Assembly: GCA_001774395.1 (NCBI GenBank)
Contig: MEZX01000002.1
Coordinates: forward strand, 96,753 to 160,752
Origin: Candidatus Berkelbacteria bacterium RIFCSPLOWO2_01_FULL_50_28
GTDB taxonomy: Bacteria; Patescibacteriota; UBA1384; 2-12-FULL-50-11
Length of the DNA stretch: 64,000 nt
Direction of reading: 5' to 3'
Under the pieces are notes generated by a model that was given only the letters and a program-made list of their open reading frames with translations, searched no databases and was not told where the DNA came from. Made by a program: the position numbers and the translations under genes. Shown here in pieces: positions 35,493 to 45,881 of this stretch (within the stretch, counting starts at the first letter, position 1; each line of letters opens with the position of its first letter).

Positions 35493-36438
35493 GGTTGTCT
35501 TTATTACCGGCTATCGACCTGGTGGGCCGTACTATTGGGCGGAGAAATTGGTAAAAAAAATTGGCGAGTTAGATTTGGGCTGGCGCGGCTCTCACCCCAA
35601 AACCCTTTGGCAAACTATCTATTCGGCGTTGATTGCGCCAAATGCCGATGTTGTCCACTCGACACTACCGGTGGCGTTTCATCTGTGGAGACGCCCGTTG
35701 GTGATGACGATCAAAGGTGATTTTGAGCGGGAGAAAGGACCGGGCTATCGCGGCTATCGACGAGCAATTGCCGCCGCCGATGCTGTTACCGTACCAAGCG
35801 AATTTATTAAGCGACAGTTAGGCCTCCACCAAGCGATAGTAATTCCCAACGGTTTCGACTTGCCTAACGCCGTCTCGCGACCTGAGACCGAGCCGGATGA
35901 CCCAATTAAGCTGTTAACGGTGACAAAGTTTCACTTTAAAGACAAAGCGAGCGGGGTGTTGAACTTGTATCGCATTCTGGAGTCCGTGGCCGGCCGATCA
36001 AACCGTCAGATAGTCTGGGACATTTTGGGAGACGGGGCTTTTCGCCGTGAGATCGAGTCGCAAGTAAAGAGTGAGAAAATCAAGATAAACTTCCGAGGTT
36101 TTGTTGACCCAAAGCCTTTCTATCAAAGCGCTGATGTCTTTCTTTATTACTCCGACCACGACAATATGCCTAACGCCATAATCGAAGCGATGGGCTACGG
36201 CTTACCTGTTATAAGCAACGATATCGGCGCCGTTGGCGAGATGATCGATGACGGCGTGAGCGGTTACCTCTGTCGTGACCAACAGGATTACACCGCGAAA
36301 CTTACCCAAATGCTAAAAACCCCCAGTGATTTGGCTGTACTCGGCCGTCAGGCGCGAGAGGTTGTGGCGACGCGGTTTGACAACGACGTCATTACGCGCA
36401 AATACCTAGAAATTTACGAACGGATAGTTACCAAATGA
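35464..36438 (+). CDS. GT4 glycosyltransferase
   Basis: IPNG, DNMPNAIIEAMGYGLPVI. Confidence 0.9.
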   Translation: MAAVTQKTRKVVFITGYRPGGPYYWAEKLVKKIGELDLGWRGSHPKTLWQTIYSALIAPNADVVHSTLPVAFHLWRRPLVMTIKGDFEREKGPGYRGYRRAIAAADAVTVPSEFIKRQLGLHQAIVIPNGFDLPNAVSRPETEPDDPIKLLTVTKFHFKDKASGVLNLYRILESVAGRSNRQIVWDILGDGAFRREIESQVKSEKIKINFRGFVDPKPFYQSADVFLYYSDHDNMPNAIIEAMGYGLPVISNDIGAVGEMIDDGVSGYLCRDQQDYTAKLTQMLKTPSDLAVLGRQAREVVATRFDNDVITRKYLEIYERIVTK

Positions 36439-38516
36439 GGAGCGACTTACTTCTTGTGAACTTGCTTGTCTCGGCCGGCCTTCTAGTCGGCGCCGTGGTT
36501 GAACGAATAACTGGCTTTGCCGTCGTACAGAATGTTTTTGGTCTGGCAGCTTTTATTTTGCTTGGTTTCAACTTGGCGACGCTAGCAAGGTTCAAGAGTA
36601 TCGTCTCATCCGATACAAACGAAAATATAATCTTTGTACCGCTTTTTTCGGTTCTTGCCGTCACCGTTCTTGGAGCGCTGGCCCGCCTGGCCCACCTAGA
36701 CAAGCCTTATGTTTTAATTGCCGCGGTGGTCACAGTTAACCTTGCAGTGGCTTTTTTCCTCCTGCGTCTGGACAAACAAAAAGCAAGAACGAAAAAAATC
36801 GATTGGCCAAACATGGCCCGCCATACAGTGGAATTTATCGCCGTGCACCGAACGGTTCTGTGGCTGCTAGTAGGTTTTGGCGTTCTGATGTCACTGCATT
36901 TTCTGACGTACCGTTTTATCCCAGAGGCCGATAGCTACCGTCAGCTGATGGCGGTTAGTCAATACCAGGCCAGCTCCTCGCTGCCCGATCCAAGCCGTTC
37001 GTTTTTGCTGATTCTAACCTCGGCCATTAATTACCTGACCGCAATTAGTCCTTACGCGCTCTTCAAGTTTGTGTTTCCGCTCCTCGGGTTCTCGTACATT
37101 GCAACCGCGTTTCTTCTTAGTCCGCTGCTGAAACATAAGTTTAGCCTGGGTTGGTGCGCGCTCTTGGCGATTAGCGCGCCAGTAGTTATCGAGGAGCTGC
37201 TTGTTACAAGGCCGCAGACACTAGTCATGGTCTTCTTCCCCATTACTCTCTATCTGCTCTACACTGCCCTCAAACGTCGTAGCTCCAACTATCTGTTCAT
37301 CGCTCTAGCTCTGAGCTTGACGCTACTGCTCTCCCACGAAACGGCCTGGTTACTCGTGATTACAGGGGCGGTAACCCTTCTCGTTTTCTATCGAGAATGG
37401 ATTAAGTCCCGCTGGCTTCCATTTACCTTCTGGGCCATTCTAGCGCTACTCGCTGTCACCCTCTTTGCTCCGCCACGCATTCTGGCCAAACTGCTGTCTC
37501 AGTTTATTGAAGCGAAAAACGCCTTGGCGGCGCACGGTGTTGACTGGTGGTTTATTGGCTCTTACACCAACGTTGACCAAAACAGGGTCGGCTGGCCGGG
37601 CATTAGTGCCCTGTATTACTACGCTTACAACCTGGGACTTGCCCTACCGGTACTATCTGTCGTCTTGCTTGCCAAAAGGCGTGTCCTTGAAAGATTGGAC
37701 ATCGCCTACGCCCCCTACGTCATTAGCGGTGGGCTCGCCTTTGCGATTGCTGAGATTCTGCCAAGGTTTAGGGTCTATTTCCTTCCGGACCGAGTCTGGC
37801 CGTTTATGGTCGCCTCACTTGCACCGATACTCGTTTATTACTGTATAAGGCTTGAATGGAAAGGCTGGTTGCGCCGCCTGGTTATCATTAGCGTCACGGT
37901 CTCGTTGGCTGCTAGCCTTGGGCTTAGTGCGCTCAAACAGGGGCGAGTTTCAAAGTCCGAGTACCAGGCCGCTTCGTGGCTGGCTAACAATAGCGGGCAG
38001 TCGAGCCTGGTTGTCAGCCAATCTGGGAACGGAGTTTTCATCAGATATTTTGCCGAAAGAAAGCTCGTCAGTTCGGATCGGCGATTCTTTTACGATCAAG
38101 ACAGCCAAGAGATCCGAGCTCTGATTGGCAAGATTAGGCCTGTCTCATACAACAGGGCTGAGCTTGAACATCAGCGTTTAGCGATCCACAAAAAGATGAG
38201 ATCGGCCCTTAACGAGTACGAACTGGCGGAGGACCCCGTTGTGGCAGAGCGGTTCTACCTGAGGCTAGCGGACCTGAAGAGAGGGATTGATAGGTTGGGT
38301 ATGCTCATCGAACAAACAAAGCGGCCGCTCTCGAGCGTGCCCGATGTATATATTCTCTACTCGCTAGATAAGTTTAACACTATCTATCGTTATCGAGCGT
38401 GGTGGATGGATCAGAACTTCTACCGGGCGGAAACCGAGTGGTTTGATACACACCCTGAGTTATTCTCCCAAGTTTACGACAACGGCCAGGTGCGGATCTG
38501 GAAATACAAAAAGTAG
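36435..38516 (+). CDS. Large multi-TM protein, GT-C-like, with soluble C-terminal domain
   Basis: YRFIPEADSY, TRPQ, LPDR, VYDNGQVRIWK; paralog of next gene. Confidence 0.6.
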   Translation: MRSDLLLVNLLVSAGLLVGAVVERITGFAVVQNVFGLAAFILLGFNLATLARFKSIVSSDTNENIIFVPLFSVLAVTVLGALARLAHLDKPYVLIAAVVTVNLAVAFFLLRLDKQKARTKKIDWPNMARHTVEFIAVHRTVLWLLVGFGVLMSLHFLTYRFIPEADSYRQLMAVSQYQASSSLPDPSRSFLLILTSAINYLTAISPYALFKFVFPLLGFSYIATAFLLSPLLKHKFSLGWCALLAISAPVVIEELLVTRPQTLVMVFFPITLYLLYTALKRRSSNYLFIALALSLTLLLSHETAWLLVITGAVTLLVFYREWIKSRWLPFTFWAILALLAVTLFAPPRILAKLLSQFIEAKNALAAHGVDWWFIGSYTNVDQNRVGWPGISALYYYAYNLGLALPVLSVVLLAKRRVLERLDIAYAPYVISGGLAFAIAEILPRFRVYFLPDRVWPFMVASLAPILVYYCIRLEWKGWLRRLVIISVTVSLAASLGLSALKQGRVSKSEYQAASWLANNSGQSSLVVSQSGNGVFIRYFAERKLVSSDRRFFYDQDSQEIRALIGKIRPVSYNRAELEHQRLAIHKKMRSALNEYELAEDPVVAERFYLRLADLKRGIDRLGMLIEQTKRPLSSVPDVYILYSLDKFNTIYRYRAWWMDQNFYRAETEWFDTHPELFSQVYDNGQVRIWKYKK

Positions 38517-38598
38517 GTGCAGCCGTTACTTAACTTTCGCCTCTGTTCTGGTATGATTCCTAGGAATGCAGTTTATTTTAACCTCTAAAAACTGATCG

Positions 38599-40545
38599 AT
38601 GTGGCTTATCGCCGTCGTCGTTGTTAACGCCCTACTTTTCTCGTTCCTTCTCTCGAGGTGGCATAAGGATAGGCTCTATTCTTTGAGCTTTGCGTTCTAC
38701 TACTTAATGATAGCCTGGCCGTTTTTATCCTGGGTGACGGCCGCGTTTCTGCCTGTACTTAACACCGCGCTGATCCTGTCGACACTGCTGACAACGGGGC
38801 TGCTATTAGGTAGTGTGCTGCTCTCTAGCAGACTTAACCTGGGCTCTGCGATGCACGATGTCAGAGTTTGGTTGGGCCAGTCGTTCTCCAGACACAGTCC
38901 CTTGTCGGTGGCTCTTTGGTTGGGCTTGCTCCTAGCACTGCTTGTCCCTGTTATTACTTACCGTTTCATCCCAGGACTAGACACTTACAAGTACCTAAAC
39001 GTTGTGAACTATATGGTTGACGTCGGTCAGTATCCCACGAGTATGGCCGTAGAGTTCAGTAGTGCGAACTGGTCTTATCCGCCGCTGATGCAGTACCTCT
39101 CTCACGGGTTGTCTTATCTGGGAGTAGCCCCGTATGTATTCTTCAAATATTTCGGTGTGCTTATCTTTTCTTTAGCGCTGTTCCCGTTTCTCCAACTGGT
39201 TAAGAGGTTTGTTGAAAAAAGGACAGTGGTTGTCTTGGCGATTATCGCCTTCTTTGCAACGCCGGCGATATTTTCCGAGCTACAAGTTGTTCGGCCGCAA
39301 CTGGTTATGTTCTTCCTCGCCCCGCTGTCGCTCGTGCTGATGATCGATTACCTAGAGACTAAGAGCAAAATACCGCTATTTGTCGTGGCGGCCTCAGCGC
39401 TAATTGGTACTGTCTACCACACTTTCCTGACGGTAGTTCTATTTATTCCGCTTGGTGTTGGGGTACTAGTAAAGAACTACGGCTGGATAAAGAGTAATAA
39501 ACCCAAGTTCTTGCTGGGCCTAGCCGTTACGGCGCTGGCTTTAGTCCCGTACTATTTTTTGCTTGACCTGCCAGCGAAGTTCGGTTGGCTATTCAAGATT
39601 ATCTTTACTCGCTCTGGTGAGCTAACGTTGCATAGTCCGTACTCGTTGAAAACCTACCTTGCTACCATCGGCATATTTACCGTCGGGCTCTGTTGGCTCG
39701 CTTTGGTTGGCTTGAAGGATAGGGCCCATTTGAAGAAAGCGATCATCCCAGCCTCCTTCTTCGCTCTCTTCTTTTTTGTGCTTGAGATATGGACGCGGCT
39801 TGGCTTCTCATTTCTGCCCGATCGATCGTTCCCCTTCATTGTCATCGCCCTAATTCCGCTCATTGCGCACGGTGTGGACTTGCTATGGAAAGACCGGCGT
39901 ATACAGGCTGTGGTAACGGTCGCGTTGCTCCTGCTACTGGCAAGTACGGCTTACATCGAGTCCCTCGACACTCGACAGTATGTGACGAGTAAAGAGGCTG
40001 AAGCGGCTCAGTTTATTAAAGAAAACTTTCCTCAGAATACGCTCATCGTTACTCAGGGGTCGAACTACCCACTGACTAACTACTTCGCTGCCCGTCGAGG
40101 TTCCTTTAAGGTTAGCTTTAGCCCACGGGATGTTTTCTATGCCGAGAATTCTGCGTCTGCCTTTAAAGTAATCGAGAGCTACATTGTAAGCACGAAGACA
40201 TATCGTCAGCAGTTAGTGGAGCGCATCGCTCCGCATCAAGCGCAGATATTAGAGCTGCTGAAGAGCAAAAGCTTTCGCGATAGCACCGTTTTTTCAAAAA
40301 TATCAGGTATCAACAATAAAACCGAAAATATCTATTTGGCCCTAGCGAAGCGTTCTTTTCGCGAGCCCGAGCCCGAAGAAGTCCTGATTCTTTTTTCTAC
40401 TGATAAGCTGGCTCGTTCGATCAACACCGACAGATACAAGTACAAGAATTTTCATGACGCGGACCTGTCGCTATTCGATGACGCGAGATTTTTCAAGAAG
40501 ATTTTTGACAACGGTGCGGTGAAGGTCTGGCGCGTCAAGATCTAA
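38599..40545 (+). CDS. Large multi-TM protein, GT-C-like (paralog of previous gene)
   Basis: YRFIPGLDTY, YPPL, VRPQ, LPDR, IFDNGAVKVWR. Confidence 0.6.
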   Translation: MWLIAVVVVNALLFSFLLSRWHKDRLYSLSFAFYYLMIAWPFLSWVTAAFLPVLNTALILSTLLTTGLLLGSVLLSSRLNLGSAMHDVRVWLGQSFSRHSPLSVALWLGLLLALLVPVITYRFIPGLDTYKYLNVVNYMVDVGQYPTSMAVEFSSANWSYPPLMQYLSHGLSYLGVAPYVFFKYFGVLIFSLALFPFLQLVKRFVEKRTVVVLAIIAFFATPAIFSELQVVRPQLVMFFLAPLSLVLMIDYLETKSKIPLFVVAASALIGTVYHTFLTVVLFIPLGVGVLVKNYGWIKSNKPKFLLGLAVTALALVPYYFLLDLPAKFGWLFKIIFTRSGELTLHSPYSLKTYLATIGIFTVGLCWLALVGLKDRAHLKKAIIPASFFALFFFVLEIWTRLGFSFLPDRSFPFIVIALIPLIAHGVDLLWKDRRIQAVVTVALLLLLASTAYIESLDTRQYVTSKEAEAAQFIKENFPQNTLIVTQGSNYPLTNYFAARRGSFKVSFSPRDVFYAENSASAFKVIESYIVSTKTYRQQLVERIAPHQAQILELLKSKSFRDSTVFSKISGINNKTENIYLALAKRSFREPEPEEVLILFSTDKLARSINTDRYKYKNFHDADLSLFDDARFFKKIFDNGAVKVWRVKI

Positions 40546-41321
40546 CTACTCGCCAAACCTAGATGTTTGGGTTTACGAGCCCGCCCGCCCCGCTCCATGA
40601 CCAACCGAAAGTGGCTGTGCAAGAAGTAAGAGGCGACAAAATTGCTACAAAATATCTGTCCGAACTGACGAAGTTGGCTCGGTGGTAACCAAGTAATTGT
40701 CGGTTTGCGAAACCCGGCGCCTGACAGCAGCTTAACCCAAACGTCCGGACTCTGGTGCTTGTGCCACTCGATACTGCGTACAAACGGATTTTTCAGCCCA
40801 ACAGTTGGGAAAAAGTTGTGGCGCGAAGCATCAGTTACCACCAACTTTGACCCAGGTTTAGCAATCTTGGCCAGCTCCTTAAAGATCTCTTTGTACGAGC
40901 GTTGGGACTCCCTATTTTCTCGCAAGGTAATGCAGGCATCTTCGTCTAGGTGGTTTATAGAGTGGTGAAGCAAAAGGACATCGAACTTCTCCCCTGTTGC
41001 TCGGTACTCCTGAAATGTTTTGGCGATCATCTTAATCTGCGGCAGCTTTAGAACGCCCGCAACCTTGCGGAATTTTTTTATGAACCCGCTCCGCGAGCCA
41101 GCCGCCTCTGGCTCCAAACAGACTACCTTGGATGCGCCAGCAAGGGCAGCGTGAAAGCCGTATGTGCCTGCTCCTGCCCCGATGTCGATCACGAGCTTAT
41201 CTTTTAGAACAACGTCGCGAAAGAGACTGCGAAGATAGTACTCCAAATTATTCGAAGATTTGCACAGCTTCTCTCGTTGACAGACGGACAGAAATTTCTT
41301 CATCGGAGACCGCTTGGTCAT
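40542..41321 (-). CDS. Class I SAM-dependent methyltransferase
   Basis: VIDIGAGAG, FDVLLLHHSINH. Confidence 0.8.
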   Translation of the reverse strand: MTKRSPMKKFLSVCQREKLCKSSNNLEYYLRSLFRDVVLKDKLVIDIGAGAGTYGFHAALAGASKVVCLEPEAAGSRSGFIKKFRKVAGVLKLPQIKMIAKTFQEYRATGEKFDVLLLHHSINHLDEDACITLRENRESQRSYKEIFKELAKIAKPGSKLVVTDASRHNFFPTVGLKNPFVRSIEWHKHQSPDVWVKLLSGAGFRKPTITWLPPSQLRQFGQIFCSNFVASYFLHSHFRLVMERGGRARKPKHLGLASS

Positions 41322-41343
41322 TTCTCTTCTTTTACCCTAAATT

Positions 41344-42468
41344 TCACTCGTTGCGAAGTAGCTCGGCAACGGCCGACTTGTATCGGGCGGTGTTTCTGAC
41401 GATATCGTGATTTTCCAGAGCATAACGGTAGCCGTTCTCGGAGAGTGATTTCCAGAGAGCGGGATTGCCCAGTATTTCTGAAAGTTGAGTTGCCATTTTC
41501 TTGTAATCACCCCCTGCACAAAACCCACACTTCTCTTTGTCGAGAAAGTTGTCCGGGTTTACACCAAGCGAAAGAATTGGGGTGGCGCTGGCCGCCGCTT
41601 GAACGAAGGTGTTGGGGAACCCCTCGAAGGTGGAAGTACTCACAAGCACCTTGGCCTGGCCGTAATACTCTGTAATCTGCTCAAATGGTACTTTTCCCAA
41701 AAGTGTCAGATTTGAGATGGCTTCTGCCTCTTCTGTTATCTTCTCGGCGAGAGCCTGGTTATGGGCATGCGGTGGCATAATCATGACAAACTTCTCGCTC
41801 GGGAAATCCCGGGCTAGTTGCAGAAACATCTCCGGTTGCTTTAGCGGCTGAGAGGAGGCCACCCAGAGCACACTCTCGCGTTTTTGGTTGACGTCACGCG
41901 CGGGGATGGTTAGGACATTTTTTAAAACAATGCTCTCGCGATGGAACTTCTCCTTCAGTATTTGCTGATGTTGACTGTTCTGGGTAAAAATTAGATCGGC
42001 GTTTGTTAGGCCAAACTTGAACATTCTCTCTTCAACGAAGGTTCGGTTGCGCAATCCCCCTTTCAGATCGGCCTCGGAAGCAGTCATATAGATAAACTTT
42101 TTGCGGGCTTTTCGGCAGTAAAGGGCAATTATCCCAGCTGAAGCGCCGCTAGCACGCTGTTGGTAAACATCGGCCCGGACGGTCTTTAGCAGCCGCCAGA
42201 GACGTATGGCGAAAGATATCTGACGCCATAGCGCCGGACCTTGCTTCGATTCTGCAGCGAGCTTGTAGACGGTAATACCGTTGAACGTTTCAACTGGTGG
42301 CTGTCCGTAGTCGCCAACTATAAAACTAACGACAAATCCAGGGTCTTTGCTAAGCTCGCTTGAGAGCAGGAACGATTGCAGCTCGGCGCCGCCGAACGCC
42401 CCGCTAACGGTCGGGTTGAAAAGTGGGTAGGCGCCGGGAGAGAAGAAGCAGATTTCAGTCGGTTTCAT
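41344..42468 (-). CDS. GT4 glycosyltransferase
   Basis: FGGAE, EGFPNTFVQA. Confidence 0.9.
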   Translation of the reverse strand: MKPTEICFFSPGAYPLFNPTVSGAFGGAELQSFLLSSELSKDPGFVVSFIVGDYGQPPVETFNGITVYKLAAESKQGPALWRQISFAIRLWRLLKTVRADVYQQRASGASAGIIALYCRKARKKFIYMTASEADLKGGLRNRTFVEERMFKFGLTNADLIFTQNSQHQQILKEKFHRESIVLKNVLTIPARDVNQKRESVLWVASSQPLKQPEMFLQLARDFPSEKFVMIMPPHAHNQALAEKITEEAEAISNLTLLGKVPFEQITEYYGQAKVLVSTSTFEGFPNTFVQAAASATPILSLGVNPDNFLDKEKCGFCAGGDYKKMATQLSEILGNPALWKSLSENGYRYALENHDIVRNTARYKSAVAELLRNE

Positions 42469-43811
42469 CGCTCCCTCTCTCTGCTAAGCAGGGACTTCAC
42501 GTAAACATACTTGCCGTTTTTAGTTTTTGGTATTGTTTCAACCTGTTTCCAGACTATTCGGCAAGATTCACCCATCACTAAACGGATTTTTGTTTCGATG
42601 TCTCGGCGGTTCTGAGCCGGAAGTTCTCCAAGTGGTACGAAAAGTATCTCAATTTCGTCACGTGTTTTTTGAACCACCTGGAACTGCCTTATCTGGCCTT
42701 GGTTCAAGGTGACCCCGACAAAATGGATGAAGAATTCGGATGGGACGGGGCTACCGTCGATGGCGGCCAAGCAATCTGTCACGCGGCCGGTGAGCTCCTT
42801 GAGAGTCGGAGTTGGAATCTTGCAGTCACAAGTTTGCGGCCCAAGCTCGGCCAGATCACCGATTTCGTAACGAATGAACGGGAACGAATAGTTGTGAAGG
42901 TTGGTAACGATTACTCTCCCCTTAGTGGCTGGCTGACCTCGGTCGTCTAGGATCTCGATAAAGTTATTGAACGGGAGCTGGTGCATCAGCCCATTCTGGC
43001 ACTCGCCGGCGATATCGCCCACTTCTCTGGTGCCGTAGAAGTCGTAAACCGGAGCCTGGAACGTCTTGCTGATGGATCTTCGCATATACTCGTATAAGTT
43101 CTCCGCGGCGCTAATAACAAGATGAGGAGAGTGTACTGTGAGACTATTTCTGCTGATGTAATCGGCCAGCTCAAACAGCGCTCCGGAATAGCCGCGGATC
43201 ACGTACGGTTTGTAGCTGTTAATTTTCTCCACGTACGAGCTCATGCTCGCCTCGTCCATCTTGAAGGCGTTAAGGACTACGGTGTTGCGCAAATAACTCA
43301 TAATCTTTTTCTTGAATCCCGTTTTGGCGCGCAATAGATCTGCTTCCGAGCCCCAGAGGATGATTTTCTTCACAGCGTCTTCATCCACTCCTAGTACGTT
43401 GGAGTAGTAATACTTGTTAGCGGCATTCTTCCACTTGGTGTATCTATCGTCGTGGATGAATTTAACAGGCTCACCAGTACTGCCACCGGTTCTTTTGTAG
43501 TACCAACGTCGAGTGTTCAGGTCGTGCGAAGTTAGGCTTTCAAAGTTTGAGCGAATGATATCCTTGGTAAGCAGTGGGATTTGGTCAAACTTAGTTAAGT
43601 CCACTTGGTCGCGGATAACAACACCAGCCTCGCGCAGAATCTTTTTGTAGTAAGGCACGTTCTGGTAGGCGTGAACGAGCAGCTCTTTTATCCTTTCCTC
43701 TCGCAACTCCTCCAGCTGGTTTTTACCAATCGCTCGGTTAATCTGCTCATATTCTTTTGAGTAGTCGTGGCGCCCGATTTTTAGGACCAATTTCCAGAGT
43801 AGTTGTTTCAT
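42465..43811 (-). CDS. Phenylacetate-CoA ligase family / CapK-like adenylate-forming protein
   Basis: AYQNVPYY, TGGSTGEP, YGTRE, PFIRYEIGD, GRVTD. Confidence 0.85.
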   Translation of the reverse strand: MKQLLWKLVLKIGRHDYSKEYEQINRAIGKNQLEELREERIKELLVHAYQNVPYYKKILREAGVVIRDQVDLTKFDQIPLLTKDIIRSNFESLTSHDLNTRRWYYKRTGGSTGEPVKFIHDDRYTKWKNAANKYYYSNVLGVDEDAVKKIILWGSEADLLRAKTGFKKKIMSYLRNTVVLNAFKMDEASMSSYVEKINSYKPYVIRGYSGALFELADYISRNSLTVHSPHLVISAAENLYEYMRRSISKTFQAPVYDFYGTREVGDIAGECQNGLMHQLPFNNFIEILDDRGQPATKGRVIVTNLHNYSFPFIRYEIGDLAELGPQTCDCKIPTPTLKELTGRVTDCLAAIDGSPVPSEFFIHFVGVTLNQGQIRQFQVVQKTRDEIEILFVPLGELPAQNRRDIETKIRLVMGESCRIVWKQVETIPKTKNGKYVYVKSLLSRERER

Positions 43812-43812
43812 T

Positions 43813-45099
43813 CTATGCAAAGCGGTTTTTCATAATAGTCGATATCATCACACCAACAGCGTAGGCCAGAATGAAGGCAAGCACCGCTCCCATGATATGG
43901 AGGCGCGGGATTAGCAGGAAGCCAAATAGCAGATTTATCCCGGCGATAAAAACGGTAATGAGGTTTGAAGTACGAATTCCGCGGAGTCCTTCTGAGGCAA
44001 ACGTCCAAATATAGAGCGTGTAATGAATGATCAAGGCACCGGCAACGGAGAACGCCAAGATTAGCGGTAGCTCGATCGGGTATGAGGCACCGTAAATTTT
44101 TAGAATTATCAGCTGGACTATGAAAAGACCCGGGATGACCGTGCCGTACAAAAACGGCGAGAGCCGTTTGATCTTGCTAAATATCGGCTGACGGGTAGAA
44201 AACTTGGCGGCCGTCGGGAAGAAAACCGATATGAAAACGGCGTTTAGAATGAAGGCGATATTTATGGATGAGGCGTAGTAGGCGCTATAAATCCCCACTT
44301 CTCCGACAGTTAGGTAGCCATTTATCAGCAGTTTCCCGGTCTGCACCAAGAAAGTCGAGGCAATTCCACCTAAGATTCCAGCGGCACCGTACATTAGGAG
44401 GTTTTTAGCAAAGGGAGGGCTGAAGCTGGTTGGCGAGAAGTAGCGTCGCAGATTTATGAAGCTACCAATAATTACAATACCGAAAGCGGCAAACACGGTG
44501 TAAATGGCACTGGTGAAAGATATTAGGTTGAACTGAATTAGTATGAGCAGGCCGACCAAACCGGCGATGCCGTAGAGCGCGTAAAGGTAGGACAGCTGCT
44601 TGAACATATTCAGGCTTCGCAGGCCACCTTTCGTTAACGAATCGAGCGTGTACAGAAATGCGTAGGCAATTGCCAGGTAGAATACTAGGCTTGGCACGTT
44701 GAAGATCCTTAGGAATCCTTCCCGAAAGGCGATGTAGAGCAGTATTGATACGAGACTTGCTGCAAAGAATATCAGAATGGCTGAGGAGATGTATTTTTTC
44801 CGCTCCCCATCGCTTGTCTGCTCAGCATTATATTTAGTAAGCGCGGTTGATAAACCAAGCGACATCGGTATGTAAAGAAACAGCGCTACCGAATTGACCA
44901 GGGAGAACCTACCGTATTGGTCTGGCCCAAGAACCCGCCCGAGCAGTACCTGAAACACAAAGCCTAGTACGAGTGATACGCCATAACCAATAGAAACAAT
45001 CCCCAGGTTTTTCGTGAAGTCCTTAGCCTCGCCAGACATTTTTTCGCCAAAAACCAGCGCGTAGATCCTGCCTACCAAACGGGCGGCTACTCCCTTCAT
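43813..45099 (-). CDS. Wzx-like oligosaccharide flippase
   Basis: LGRVLGPDQYG, EVGIYSA, multiple TM. Confidence 0.85.
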   Translation of the reverse strand: MKGVAARLVGRIYALVFGEKMSGEAKDFTKNLGIVSIGYGVSLVLGFVFQVLLGRVLGPDQYGRFSLVNSVALFLYIPMSLGLSTALTKYNAEQTSDGERKKYISSAILIFFAASLVSILLYIAFREGFLRIFNVPSLVFYLAIAYAFLYTLDSLTKGGLRSLNMFKQLSYLYALYGIAGLVGLLILIQFNLISFTSAIYTVFAAFGIVIIGSFINLRRYFSPTSFSPPFAKNLLMYGAAGILGGIASTFLVQTGKLLINGYLTVGEVGIYSAYYASSINIAFILNAVFISVFFPTAAKFSTRQPIFSKIKRLSPFLYGTVIPGLFIVQLIILKIYGASYPIELPLILAFSVAGALIIHYTLYIWTFASEGLRGIRTSNLITVFIAGINLLFGFLLIPRLHIMGAVLAFILAYAVGVMISTIMKNRFA

Positions 45100-45866
45100 G
45101 CCTTGCCTGATCCGACCGTCTTCCTCGCGATCAGGTAGATTTTGGGAGAGAGCTGGCTACCCTCTTTTGTTACGGGGAAAACGAATAATAGCTTATCAAG
45201 TAGGTAAAAAATTGGGCCAACAAGGCGTCTTAGGACGGAGTTTTCAAACAACAGTCGTTTCATAAGTCCCAGTCCCACCACTCCCAGGTAATCGCAGTAT
45301 AAAATTTTAAGATGGTGATTATTCGCTGCCTCGGCGAGCTCCTCTTTGGAAACTCTTCGGTGAATCGATTCCTTGCCCGACGCTTTCATTACGCGATTGT
45401 AGTACTTGGAGTCGAAGCCGTTTGGGACACCGATCACGAGTAACCCGCCGTCCTTTAGAAGCTCTAGGTGCTTACTAAAAATTGGCTCGAGCTCGGTGAA
45501 ATGCTCAACAAGTCCAGCCGACATCACCAAATCGTAGTTGTTGTGAGGTAAGGTGTGCTGGAAGATGTCCTGACAGTAAACATCACCCTTAATTTTTAGT
45601 AGGCGATAGTTTTCTTCTGTTGTCTTGCAGCCGTTCTCCTCGTAGTCAACGATATCGCACTGACAGCCAAAGCGTGAGAAAAAGAAATCAGACCAACGTC
45701 CCGGACAGCCACCGATCTCGATGATTTTTTTTGGCGGCTTACCCACCAGGTACTGGGCAATACGATCGCTTATTACTCGATTAGAGTAGTCGGTGTTGAA
45801 CCGAGCTGGCAGCGGCATGTGGCGCCAGTTATTTTCCCAGTGCTCTTTTTTGGTTAGTTTTTCCAT
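45096..45866 (-). CDS. Class I SAM-dependent methyltransferase
   Basis: IIEIGGCPG, YDLVMSAGLVEHF, LLKDGG. Confidence 0.85.
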   Translation of the reverse strand: MEKLTKKEHWENNWRHMPLPARFNTDYSNRVISDRIAQYLVGKPPKKIIEIGGCPGRWSDFFFSRFGCQCDIVDYEENGCKTTEENYRLLKIKGDVYCQDIFQHTLPHNNYDLVMSAGLVEHFTELEPIFSKHLELLKDGGLLVIGVPNGFDSKYYNRVMKASGKESIHRRVSKEELAEAANNHHLKILYCDYLGVVGLGLMKRLLFENSVLRRLVGPIFYLLDKLLFVFPVTKEGSQLSPKIYLIARKTVGSGKA

Positions 45867-45881
45867 TCTTCTCCTAGGTAA

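Noticed and set aside
38566-38601. Alternative genetic code (TGA as Gly/Trp)
   Set aside because: Several genes end in TGA overlapping the next ATG (e.g. 6522, 20163, 32953, 36438), and conserved genes have no internal TGA, so code 11 fits.
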